Shown piece after piece: positions 1 to 12,665 of a DNA stretch of 64,000 bases (position 1 is the stretch's first letter; the number at the start of each line of letters is the position of its first letter). This DNA is from Basidiobolus meristosporus CBS 931.73. Taxonomy: Eukaryota > Fungi > Basidiobolomycota. Location of the stretch: assembly GCA_002104905.1 (NCBI GenBank), contig MCFE01000398.1:17676-81675 (forward strand). Reading direction: 5' to 3'. A program made the translations under genes and the position numbers. Below the pieces are notes generated by a model. It worked only from the letters and a program-made list of their open reading frames with translations, ran no database searches and had not been told where the DNA came from.

Positions 1-71
1 TGAACCATCAAGATATTGGTATCACAAGAAAAGAGATTCAGGAGAACCCTCTCAACTTTAGTAGGGGAGAA

Positions 72-439
72 TGTTATGATCTGCCGCTTGAATGTTTAAG
101 TTAGATCAGTTTTTAGTCAAATCAATTAGTATATGTTTAGGTTATCAGTATATCAGTATTATCTATGAAATCAGTAGCATTAGTCAGCAAATGAATCAGC
201 AGATCCTTATCAGACAGAAATAGATATATTAAGTAGGATCTTATTGGGTGATGATGATGCAATCAAATGAGTCATCAGCCACAACCTACATTAGGAAATA
301 CAATTAGTCAGCAATTGATCTGGCAAAATGTATATAAGGAGCTGCTGGAACCTCAATAAAAATCAGTTCAAGTTTTAGTGAATACAATACTAGCTAAACT
401 CCCTATTCCTCTACAACTCTTATACCAAGACTTGTAACA
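72..439 (+). mobile_element. 3' LTR of an LTR retrotransposon (family A)
   Basis: TGTTA...TAACA termini, preceded by the polypurine tract AGTAGGGGAGAA (60-71); homologous copy at 6079-6443. Confidence 0.75.
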
Positions 440-626
440 TTACTAACCCTGAAACTGTTACAGAACGCTCCTGAATATTGAGAAAACCTCTTTATTTAGT
501 GTTACAGCTATATTACTTCTAAAAAGGTATAAATACTGAACTTTTTTGCTAATAAACAGCAGTTCAACTATTATCAATATTTCTTGATAAGTTCCTTATA
601 TCCAAATCACTACTTAAATTGCAACA
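440..626 (+). mobile_element. 3' half of an LTR (family B) interrupted by the family A element
   Basis: Matches 8240-8424 and 16730-16774; ends in TTGCAACA. Confidence 0.65.
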
Positions 627-629
627 GAG

Positions 630-730
630 ACTCCCCAGGTAATGAGCAAATAGTTAAATGTATGCAGTCTTGCAGTAAGTATAAATACTATGTTGCAATT
701 CAATATATCAACTAGTAAATATCATGCAAG
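630..730 (-). repeat. Fragment of dispersed non-coding repeat family C
   Basis: Reverse complement matches 8910-9010 and 5000-5110 (core GTTGATWTATTGARTTGCAAYA). Confidence 0.55.
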
Positions 731-1239
731 TCTTCTAATGCTCCATTTGACTTCCAATATATCCCTCTAATATTTCAACAATTCCATCCTCAGATGTATA
801 TGAGTATATCACCTCACACTATTTCTGATACTTAATGTAGATATGTAGCTTCTCTAATACATGTCCCACAGAGTCTCAGGATCATTAGTAACAAAAATGG
901 TACCACTGCAAGATTGATGTCTCTGAAATCACTGATCTTTGGCCATATATAGAGAGGCATTATATATCAATCTGATCCTCCAGATATGGGCAAGCTGTTC
1001 TCTATATCTGTGTGCACATCCAACTCAAGACTAGGGTGGAAGGTGGCCTCAAAGTGTTTGCGCATTGTTTACATACTAAGGTGGTTCAGACTTATGCCAA
1101 ATCACTACAAGAATTTGGGAGCCTGATTGACTGAAATAGTCTAATCCACACCAAGGTACATGGGAATCCTGAACATAGCTCCTAGATGTAATGATGATAA
1201 GTATAATAGCGTTAATACATATATCATGTAGTATGCTCC

Positions 1240-1512
1240 TTGTTGATTTGGACTCCTTGCTGGGATTTTGCACTAGACTTGTTCCATAATACCATGCCAG
1301 GGCTTGCAGCGCAATCCGCGGTTGTAAAGAACAATTGGGCACAATATTATAGCTATCAGAAGGCAGGATTGTTCTTGGACAACTGTGCAATATGTGGGAC
1401 AATCTCGCACACTATGGCACAATCTGACTCAATGAGGTTGGCACGGATGATTGCGCCAACTTGTAATGTTTGCATCACGTGCGTGATTGGATACCGCTAT
1501 TATGGCAGGTAA
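1240..1512 (+). pseudogene. Possible integrase zinc-binding-domain relic
   Basis: H...(Y)...LFLDNCAIC spacing resembles an HHCC-type integrase N-terminus; short and degenerate. Confidence 0.25.
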
Positions 1513-3619
1513 AATCCGGTATTTGGATATGTTTCTTTAATGTGAATGGAAATAAATGTGTATCACACTATAAACTACACTGATACTTACCATGTTGGTT
1601 ACCATCATTCCAATTGGATGGTATCTCAATGGTTAATTGGTCCAAAAGTATCCTGAAGCTGGCAGCCCACAATTGGCTTATTGACTACTGAAAAAGCTAC
1701 TTGATTTGCCATCAGATATCCCATTTTGCCCATTGAGCAAGTAAATCCCTGATCCTAGTGATTGGATAAGGTGTCATAGCTAGCACGCAAGCAATTGTGT
1801 AGGTGCAAAACAGATCCAATAGCTGCACTGGTATTACAGTTGACGTATATATATGCAGGGTGTTTATTTATAGGGGTTCTGTCTCATATGTGAGACAACC
1901 TTGATATTACTTATATCAAAAATTTGATGATCACTGATTTGCAATGGCTTGATTTGGATTGCAAAAAAAAGGGTTGTTGGGATTATTACAAATGTGAGCA
2001 ATTCAAAGCCATTGCATCATATTCTCCTGGGTTTTTTTCTCACAGGGATTACTACTGAAGCATTTGGTAGTGACTCACTTTGCACACCTATACTACTTCC
2101 TGGCTGACTATCATCTTGGCTACTTGTGTATTTGTAGTCAGTATTTTGCCTCCTAGTTGATGAGTGCAATGCTGCAGCTTGGCCATGCTGAACTGCTCCA
2201 ACTGAACCAACTGAACCAGCCTGTAGTGCCACACGCTGACACGTTCTTTTACTTGCCAAGGGCTCCGGTGGTTGAGGCACTTCATGTTGGTCATCATCAG
2301 TCAGTTCACCAGAAGTAACTTGCTGATGGTCAGGCAAGACAGCACGTGCAGGTGCGCCTTGACACGTTGAGATGGCCCTTGGCTGAGTTTGATGTGATGC
2401 TGCATGTTGACGCAACTTGGTCCGCTCCAATGGACTCATGTCTAAATGAGCAGTTTGGCAAGTTCTTGTAGTTTTGCTCTGAAGCGCACGCATTGACTCA
2501 ATGCAGGGTGTTCTGGTAAAGGGTGTTGGCATGGTCTGGACTGACATGCGCTGGCATGCTATGGTTGCAAGAGATGGTAGGGAATCCAGCAAGGCGTGCT
2601 GGCGCAATCTGGACAATGTTCCTGGCGGTCTGTATTCTTCCTCCTGAAGCTCACCATCTGATTCCTCAAGGTATTCACTTACCCTCTGTCTGATACTTTG
2701 GAGCTGTTGCCTGGATGAGTCCTGTGTATATTGCCCTCAGAAGCCACTTAGCTCTACTAATATATCACGTAGTACATTAGTCATTTGAGGCAAAAACTCA
2801 TTCAAAATCTCTTTGATTCCCAAAGTTGAGGCACAAACGGACATGTCTGGCTGGTACTGTGCAAATTGCGCACAAAATTGTTCCCATGCAGCTTCTTTGT
2901 CAAATCCCCTCACTCTCAGCTCATTCTTGTTTCAATACTTGTCTTGCTATATATCTTTTTACATACATTGGCTGGCATCTTGATGTAGAACTCATGCCAT
3001 AGCTTTCTACTCAAATTCTTCCATCTTTGTTAACTCTCTGAGGTATCAAGTTCTGCTAGATTAATCAGTAGTGCCCAAATATCTGTATGAAGGCTCATCA
3101 TAAACACTTGGGCCATACTAAAATCATTTGGCAAGAACTCAAATGGATTTGACATCAACTTTTCCAGTGTGGACCGCGCTTGTGAGCTGGGGGATGGGTT
3201 TTGTCTGGGTTGTACTAAAGATGAGTTGAGGCTTGGTATGGGGACCATAGCAACGGATTTGGACACTTATACAGCAGTATATTGGCATCAACCTAGTCTT
3301 ATACAAAATATATATGAAAACTAATGTGATTGTTGAATTTTCCATATATCATGCATGATGCATCTTGGATTGCGTTGACACAGATCAGATCACATCAATC
3401 GCAGATTTTCTATTTGATTATAGACCTATGAGTTAAGCATCAATAAAAGTACCAAGGCATTGTTTGCGGATGATTTTTGCAACATAATGATGGGATACAT
3501 GGCAATTGATGGAGATTTAACCATAATGTATTAAAAATCAGATAAATAACGCAGATTGCGCCAAATTGATTCAAACCACCTCCATACAATCATCCATCAA
3601 TTTTACTATGACTTACTCA

Positions 3620-4400
3620 TCTGAATGGTCTTTTCTCATCAATCCCATCACTACCACTGGATTTCCTTTTGACACACTGGAGGAGATCTATTCCAAGTAC
3701 TGTGGACCATCAACCCCAATCTACTCAAGGAGATCCCTTGTTAGGCTTCTCTGCTATTACAAGAACTATTGCCCTACAAGGTTTCATACTACCATCCATG
3801 GCAACAAAAGTCATAAAAGCTTTCAGTCCCAGCTGACAGCAATGGAGAACCACCTTGCAGAGGGTATGAATGACTTAGAGCAAGCTTGGAATACTAGGTT
3901 CAGAAGCTCCAATAGACTTCGATATCCCTGAGTGTTCAGCAACAGGTTCCATATCAGGAGTATTTTGGATACCTTCCCAGTGAGGATTAACAGACCTTCT
4001 AGAGGGCAGAGGCACTTTTATTCTGGCAAGTACAAGGCACACTGTGTGAAGTTTCAAGCACTGTCTGACATTGAGGGTAACATCATCTGGTTTAGTGGGC
4101 CATTTGCTGGAAGTAGGCATGACAAAGCACTCTGGGTAGAGAATCATCCTCAATTCAGTAGAGGGGAGAAATGTATGGCAGACTTAGCCTATATAGGAGA
4201 GGATTGTCAGAGATTAGGATGTATTACAGCTTAGAGGAAGCCAAGGAATGGAGTGCTTAGCAGGAAGCAGAAGCTCTACAATGAGATATTTAATCATTTC
4301 AGAGTAAGGGTAGAGCACACATTTGGATATCTGAAGAGATTCAGCATATTGGCAGGTAAATACAGAGGAAAGTTATATAGGAGAAAACAGCAGAATAGGT
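3620..4400 (+). pseudogene. DDE_Tnp_4 (Harbinger/ISL2EU/IS5-like) transposase pseudogene
   Basis: ILDTFPVRINRP, YSGKYKAHCVKFQAL, GSRHD, ADLAYIG and RVRVEHTFGYLK motifs; in-frame stops at 3929-3931 and 4232-4234. Confidence 0.85.
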
Positions 4401-4989
4401 AAAATAGTTAAGATACTTGTTAATGCACAGTATGTTCATACAAGAAGACATCCACTGAGAGAAATGTGTCTGGAGCATTATGAAGAGTAAATAAAGCAAG
4501 GAAAGCACTGTTCTGAGCAACACAAGTAAGATTGAATAAAATTACCAGTAACTGTATCATACCACTGGCATCATTATAGAAATTATAGTGCCAGATAGTG
4601 CCATAGAGTGCCAGATTGATCCAGCACCATAAGCAGGCTGGCATTTTGTGGCACTATCCAACAGAACAAGTCTACTTTCTCAAAGTCTGATCTTTCTGCA
4701 CATTCCATAACTTGAGATTTGCTCATCATTACCTCCTTGAAATACAGCCTTTCTCTTCTCTTAGTGTCTTCTTTAAGGGCCAAGGCCTCTTGCTCCATAA
4801 CCATATATCCTAGTTAGCAGTTCTTAGCAACAGCAGTGCTTTTCTGTCTTTTATAACTTCAGGTAGACAAGGCAGTCTTTATCTGGAATGAAGGCACAAC
4901 ACCAAAGCAAAGTAGACTCCCATAATATAGCAAGCTTGAGGCTCATAACCTGCCAAAATATTAGAGAGAGATATATTGGAGGAAAATGG

Positions 4990-5330
4990 AGAATTGGAAT
5001 AAATATGTAATATTCATGGGTTGATTTATTGAGTTGCAACACAATAGTGATATTTATTGCAGAACTAAATAAACATAACTATTTGGTCAGTATTAAGGGA
5101 GTCTCAGGAGTTCATGTGCCAAGTGTTAGCTCATTTGGACAAGTTTCAGATTTTCCTAAAATTCTTTACCTCACTAATTCCCAATAGTTGGTGAGTGTCT
5201 GACAAACTAATTTCTAGTTTACTATTCTGATACTCATCATTTAACCAAGTGCCAGTTCATAATATATTAATAATTAGCTGGACTCCTACTTTCTTCAACA
5301 TCTTCTCCTATACCATTTGGAGTGCACTCT
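4990..5330 (+). repeat. Dispersed repeat family C, probably the subterminal region of a non-autonomous DNA transposon
   Basis: Collinear with 8900-9200 (TGTGCCAAG..AGCTCATT.GGA.AAGTTTCAGATTTTCC). Confidence 0.6.
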
Positions 5331-6078
5331 TTGGTCATAAAAATAATGCAAAGGCCTTTTTGCTACAGCTGATTTTCATCTTCACCTTTCAGATTTGGGA
5401 GTCAAATCCATCCAGTTTTTCAGCAATGGTCAAAGTTGCCATAATAGCTGAAGTTGTACTCCAGAGAGTGGTGGCTTGGGGCTCATTACCTGCTGTAAGA
5501 GTATATGACATATATAAAGATTTATTGAATGTAAAAGCAGTATTTATACTTTAAATGGCCTTGGCAAAGCAAACATGTAAAGCATGTAATGCTTGTGGCT
5601 ACTTGCACAATTTGGCAAATTCCAATGTCCTGGGTATGTGGAAATCCAAACAAAACATTGCAAGTAAATCCCCATAAGAAACTAAATCAGAATTCTCAAG
5701 GATCTGTAGGAGATGCTCTAAGTAGCTAACTCAGGTGATGTCAGGTGTAATTACAGATTGTGGTTTTCTCTTAATGATACTGAGTGTTGAGGGAGTATTT
5801 CTGCTTTAACATACCCTTGGCATGAAAAGCATTGAAAATATGCTTATGAGGGTCCCACAAATACATGTGCAAAGCATGGGTGTTTTTGGAAAACTTTAGA
5901 TAGCTTTCATACTCCGGGTACCTGGAATCTTGGGAAAATATTTTCAGTATATATCAGCAAGGAATTTGGTCAGTAGTGTCCAATATTTGTAGCTAATGAT
6001 CTGAGTGACTAAGTTAGGTGAGCATTTTGGTGAAACTGAGAATATTTACCACACTCTGTAGATGCAATAGTGTTATAG

Positions 6079-6443
6079 TGCTATGATCTACCACTTTAAT
6101 GTTTAAGTTAGATCGGGTTTTAGTCAAATTAGTTATTTTTATGCTTAGCTATTAGTGTATCTGTGTTATTTATCAAATTAGTAGTATCAGTCAGCAGATA
6201 AATCAGCAGATCCTTATCAGACAGAAATAGATATATCAAATACAATCTAACTGAGTGATGATGATGTAATCAAATGAGTCTTCAGCCACATCCTACATTA
6301 GGAAATACAACTAGTTAGCAACTGATCTGGCAAAATGTATACAAGGAGCAGCTAGGATCTCAATTAAATCTGTAAAGTTTCAGTGAATACAATGCTAGCT
6401 AAACTCCCTATTTCTGTACTATTGTTATATCAAGACTTGTACA
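6079..6443 (+). mobile_element. Solo LTR, family A
   Basis: Collinear with 72-439; TG...CA ends; no clear TSD. Confidence 0.7.
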
Positions 6444-7689
6444 AAAGCACTGAACCAGGAGTGCTTCACAATTTATAAGATCATACAGGGAGAGTTTTGG
6501 GCTAGCATATTAATTCTCATAAATGGACTAATTTAAATCTCACAATAGGAAATTAACAATATCATGATACATATGAGGTAAGCAGTGCAGTTGAGGCTGC
6601 AAATTAGCCCTATAGTAGCTAACACTAGTCTAAAGAGCTAAAGCAAAGTATCATCTGCAGAATGACACCAAGTGGCTTAATATTTTGGTACCCCTGTAGC
6701 ACTAACTAAAATATGATTCAGCTTCCCTCTGAGCCTTGGAGCAGCTCCCAGCTTATGTTTTGCTAATATATGTGTCTCCATTTTGTTTCCTGGCAGCAAG
6801 CAAAATCTACCAAATTTTTCTATACAGCCTCACTTAAAAAGTGGTATTTTGCATATGTGTGCCTGATGCTGAAGTACTTGAGACCTTGAAAACATTCTGC
6901 TTCTAAATAATTGCATAACAATTATGTACAGGTCTCAACAAGTGCTGGACTCAAATAGAGCATCCCTTTGCTATCTTCTATCAATCCATGATGTTATGGT
7001 ACCTCCTCTGCTGACAAGCTTGAAAGAGGACATCTACTATGTATTGTACATCAATCCAGAAACTGTTAAATATATACCTGATTGTTGTGATGCACTTCCA
7101 ACAGTGCTGCATTTTATTGTATCTACAATGACACAAGTACTGATATACTTTATGCATTAGCAACAGCTTAGTGGTTATCACTATTTTTTATTTGGTACTG
7201 AGAATCTAAGTACTACATAAGTTGCAATTGATTTCCTACCATGATGAGTTGGTCTATTCTTAAGATGACCTGCTAACAGAAAATAAAGATCACTTTGCTG
7301 TAAAGAAGAAGCTTAATCCAACAGAAACTGGCCTTGGAAAATCAAGATTCAGATCCATCATCAGGGAAGTTAACTGTGAGATATAGTTAGAGGAGAAAAG
7401 GTTGAGGTCAAAGGAGCATCAGCAGAAGCTGTGAAGTTTCAATAGAGGTAAAAGAAGGTATTCCACACCATATGTGTAACTGACTTGCTCTATTGGACAG
7501 TAAACGTGTTCTGTTGAATGGTGCTACATAGTGCCAGCCAGGTTATAGTGCAGGATCAATCTGGCACTCTAAGGTGCATTCTTGCAACACAATATCTATC
7601 ATAATGCCATTGATAGGATACAGTTAGCTATTCAGATTGCTACTGACTATGACACAGCTATATTTGGAGTTGAAAAGCCTACAGTCACT

Positions 7690-8900
7690 AATCAAAAAAG
7701 CTATAATCATTATGAAGGAAGCCAAAAGGAAGCAGTGCCAATGGAAACAGATGTTGTGTGGCAGAGTCCCAGCCCAGATGAATGTAAGATGAAAGGACCT
7801 TTTTTCCGTTGCCACTAGCATGGGACATCCTAAAGACTGCCCTCAGGAAAGAAATGAAGAAGAGTCTACAAGAACCTCAGCCATATTTAAGTCCAAGTAT
7901 GTAGTGATGTAGAAGACAAACTTGGGGAAGACTCAGAGCTCACCTCCCAAATGAAAGATAAATACTTATCCCAAATGACCTCAGACACAGGGAAGCTTTT
8001 ACACTTGAATGAAGTCATTAATGGAGTACCTGCCAAGTTCATGGATGACTCAGGAAATGCTGAAATATTGGACTATTTGGTATCATTCAGCAGCTGATAA
8101 CTACCTAACAGTTTTGGACTAGTCTTGGTTACTGTTGGGCTAACTAACAGCCCAGACTTTGCCACTTTTGTCAGATCTATAATCCTATGATTATTCCACC
8201 ATAGTCAAGATCAAATATGCATATTTATCAAGCATTATGTGCTAACCTTAAGACTATTACAGAATGCTCCTGAGTGCTGAGAGGCACTCCTTGCTTGTTG
8301 TTACAGTTGAAATACTTCTACAAAGGTACAAATACTGTGCTTTGTTATGAATAAACAATAGTGCAACTATTATCACTATTTCTTGATAACATCCCTTTAT
8401 CCAAATAACTTCTAAATTGCAACAGGAACAATACACAAGTATAGGCCTGAGGTATTTGCCTTAGCAGATGGAACCAGCTGAGAACCTACCAGGACATTTT
8501 CAATTTACAAACAGCTGATTGGAACTCTTATATTAGAAACCATATTACTCAGCCAGTAATATAAAGATTAATGAGTATGAAGAAGACCTAGAGCCCTACA
8601 TCATTGGAAGCAGCATTTTTGTCCTTCTACTTGGAGAGACATGGCTACTCAATCATAATCTATCAACTAATTGGTGAGCACATGCCACTCAGATCCAAAC
8701 TGACCAGCAAACAGATAAGCTACTACCTGCCAGACTGGACTGCTACTTGGTCAATACCAGTGTGCTTGACAAAAGTGAGCTTAGCAAGGCACAATTCTGT
8801 AGAGCACTTAGAAAAGGTACCCAGATATTTCTCATGGTGATGCTGCAGGATCATTCTGTTGAAGTTTCAAAGAGATATATTGCAAGTGAAATGGACAATC
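7690..8900 (+). mobile_element. Ty3/gypsy gag-protease relic
   Basis: PMETD motif, GHPKDCP knuckle remnant, INGVPAKFMDDSG(T) protease motif and LLGETWLLNHN after the inserted LTR. Confidence 0.75.
8058..8424 (+). mobile_element. Solo LTR, family B (TGYTG...CAACA, copia-like termini)
   Basis: 367 bp; flanks GGAAA/GGAAC form a near-perfect 5-bp TSD; homologous to 440-626 and 16546-16774. Confidence 0.8.
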
Positions 8901-9200
8901 AGAAGATTTAGATGATATTCACTTGTTGATTTATTGAGTTGCAATATAGTATATATACATATTGCAAAACTACATACATGTCACTATCTGCTCATTATAT
9001 GAGGACTCTTAGGAGTACATGTGCCAAGTTTCAGCTCATTAGGATAAGTTTCAGATTTTCCCAAAATTCTGTACTTCATAACTACTAATAATTAGCAAAT
9101 ATCTTACAAACTAATTTCTAGGTTTATTTTCTGAAATATGACATTTTACCAAGTGCTAGCTCATAATATATTAGTAATTAGGTGGATTGCTACTTATTTC
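8900..9200 (+). repeat. Dispersed repeat family C
   Basis: Collinear with 4990-5330. Confidence 0.6.
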
Positions 9201-10204
9201 AGCACTCCCACTAACATAAGATATTCAAATACTTATCAGCTTGCTGTATTGTTGTGTGACTTCCCATTGAAACTAAACCTTGCCCTATGAAAAATAATTT
9301 GGTCCTGCAGGTGGATCCAATCCAGATCAGCCATCAAGATCCTGTTTAGAGACCATCACAATAGCAGCTGCTTGGAATTAGTCACCCTCCTAGCAATCTT
9401 ATAACAGTATCATAACGGTGCTTTGCTAATTTTACAACCAAATACAGGGATAAAACTTTACTCTATTTTATTGGTGCTAGAAAGTTGTTTGTATGGTATT
9501 GTTGTGGTCTCTCAGTGCTCTATAGCTATGTTAAGTGGATCCAGTTAGCCAGGACATCTAATTGCCTTATATGGCAAGAAACTTGATGGTATTTTAACAG
9601 CCTTGCAGCAAAACTCTGATGGCATTATATTGGCAGTATGGTGGCCTATTCCTGGTTCTGTAAATTGCTACTATACCAATTTACCTAATGGTATTTGCTT
9701 TTTCTACCTCCCCTTGTGCAATTAATATATTCCACTCTAGGATTACCCCTCTTTATTTGCTTGCCCACTTCTACCTTGGGTATTCCACAGATAGTTTGAA
9801 TCAAAAAAAACTATGGCCTCCTGCCTACTAACCTCTACAAACATGCACACCTGCTGCAATTGACATTTCTTCTATCACCTCAACTTTACAGCTTTTTAGT
9901 GTAATACTTGCAAAGTTGCCATATACCTTGTACTGCTGGTAGCATATACATCTTGCAAACATATGCTTGGTTGTTGCCACTTCTGCCATGAATACCTCCT
10001 GATATCCGCAAAGTCATCTTGGTATTAAGCCAATATATTCCTTCTCCCTGCTGGATTCTAGTCCCCCTTATAGGTGCACTCTAGCTTTTATCTGCTGATT
10101 CCATATTGAATGGTGTAGAATTTGGCTTGTGACCACAAGAGATCCGGCATATTCTGGTAGAGCTTTCCTGATAAAAATTAGTTGCTTGTTGCACCCAACC
10201 CAAC

Positions 10205-11850
10205 TTTGCATTACTTAACTGATTACCCACACATTGGGGCTGCTTAGCTTCTTAATGCCATAGGCATTGGTGTCTCCATGTGCACATTTGTCCTCAGTAC
10301 TTTCCAACTCTTTCTGGCTGTCCTCCATGTGCCAACTCATCACATCCATGATGGACTTGAAGGTAGTGTTCTTGATGAGATTGGGATATGGTAGTACCTG
10401 CAACTTGACTTGTCTTCCTATAACCCCACACATCCACTCCATAGGAAACTCCCAAAAGGTGTGGCAAGGCCCAATATTCTCCACGCACCATGCAAGATGG
10501 ACTAGAGAATGGATACAGTAGTGGCAGAGATCTACGCGCTCAACTTTATGTTTGCAGTATAGCCACTCAAATCCCGTTACAAACTTCTCACACAACAGCT
10601 GTAGATGCATCAAGTTGGCATTGGTGATTGGCTTCTGGATAAATGTTCCTACAATGTCCACACACAACTCCCAATGCTTCCAATGTACTCTTGGTAGGAA
10701 TGGCTTCAGAACACCACTTGAATAAATGCATGTCCAGTTCATCCGGTCTTTGCATTTGTATTGTTGCATATGCATATGAATATTAATTGGAGCCTGTGAG
10801 AAGTACTTAGGGTAGCGGATACTCAGTAATATCTTGCCAATTCTTTCATATTTTTCCAGTGTCTCAAAGAGCTCATTTAGCTTGAAATGCCCTATGTACA
10901 ACTTGGTCATTGGTATAGGGATATTGCTGAAAAGCAAATACATTGCTCTCAGTGGAAAGCTTTACTCCAGCAGATACCCTCTATCTTAAGTATCTCTAGT
11001 TTCCAATTGATTCCATATTATGGCAAATGGCTTATAGCATGCCAACTTTGCTGCAAATGCATGCTTAGTTCTGTACGTTCTCTCTGTAGAAAGATGATGT
11101 TCTTAGTGCTGGTGTTTGGGTAATAATAATGTGTGTGAGTTATGGAGTAAATCCCCTGGATCTCACACATGTGACAGCATTACCATCCATTGTGCCCAGA
11201 AAAACCTGCTATCTTGCTGATGGCTGGGGTATCTCCAATGCAGATAACAATATATGCTTTTATATGACAGCCATTTGCCATTATCCTGCTGGAAAGCATA
11301 CAAAACTCATCCAGCAATGGATACAGGTAGCTATCCAGGTTGGATGGTGATTTAGGCCCAGATACCAGAGAGACTATCATCAGATTATTGCTCTGATACC
11401 ATAAGATGGGTGGCAGATTTATGCTGATGAGAATCAGTGGCCAGCAGGATTTGCTGCCAGAGTACTTGATTAATGAAAATCCATCAAGTGCTAAAGCATG
11501 GGCATGGTTATACATACCTTGAAAGTAGCCCTTGCTTCTTAGCTGTTTGTAATGTTTGCCATTGAATATATTGGATATTTTGTTGCTTGATTGATACTGA
11601 GGGCAGTACTGTATAGCTTTGCAATATTTGTTGGACTGCATCAGCTTCCTCAAATGGGGTATGACTGGAATATATCCAGAGTGTGAACAATGTTTTCCCT
11701 CCATGGCAGCGGGTTCCTGACAATTTGGACACATTGCAATGGTAGCATCTTGGATGTGAATGCCATGCAACTGTTAACACATGCTGAAATCAGGACAGTC
11801 TCTGGATCATATGTTGCCAGCTGCATGACAGTTGTCCACTTGTACAATTT
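10205..11850 (-). pseudogene. Transposase_21/DUF4218-type (EnSpm/CACTA) transposase pseudogene
   Basis: CVNSCMAFT, YIPVIPHLRKL, LALDGF..CWPLILISINLPP..VSGPKSP.NLDSYLYPLLDE and HSLVHLA..IGP..FWEFPME motifs; broken by stops and frameshifts. Confidence 0.85.
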
Positions 11851-12665
11851 ACATGGTTAGTTGTATTCTGGTATGATTTTGGCAAGAAGTAGTATTAAAT
11901 CCTCAAAGCCCCATTACTGATATTAGTGGAAACATGCCACTTCTCTGGCTACAACATTACATCATTCAGCAGTTGTTAAATTACTGGGCTCACTTGGCTC
12001 CATAAAGTATCCTTGGCATTTGTTTCATCAGGTGTTGTCTCAATGCATATAGGGATTTGGCTGGGCTCATACATGGTACTATTGTCAGGGCAGATAGGCT
12101 CAAATCCATTGATGAGCCTTCTCTGTCAGAGCTATCACTCTGCATGCCATATTCAGAAGGCTGGGGTGAGCCTAAAGGTGTCACAAACTCACCTGACTCA
12201 GTTTGCACAAGGTGACAAAGACAGCCAGGTGCCAATATAGAGTATCAACTGGCTGGCAAGATAATGTGGTACAGTAGTGACCGATGAGTGGTCAAATATG
12301 ACTTGGGTGGCAAAACACTGGCCGTGATCCTTGTAATACTTCCTATGCTGTCTGCATGCTTCATGGCTGAGAGGCTTGTCACAATTGCCTCATGGTCTTT
12401 TTTCTCCTCTCTTATGGCATTGGGTCAAAGTAGTCTTGTCCATGGGGCAAACAGTTGGACCTTAAACAATGTAATGCTATTATATCACTTTTTGGTCAAT
12501 ACTCAGGTGAACTTAAGACAGTCTTGTATTTGAGACACTGCACCTACAACAATGTAAGATTCAATGATAACCTGCCATAGTAAGCATTATAAATAAAGTT
12601 GTGGCACCACATACATATGTATATATAGCACTATTTCCCCTTTGGTTTGACTCACTTCCATATAT

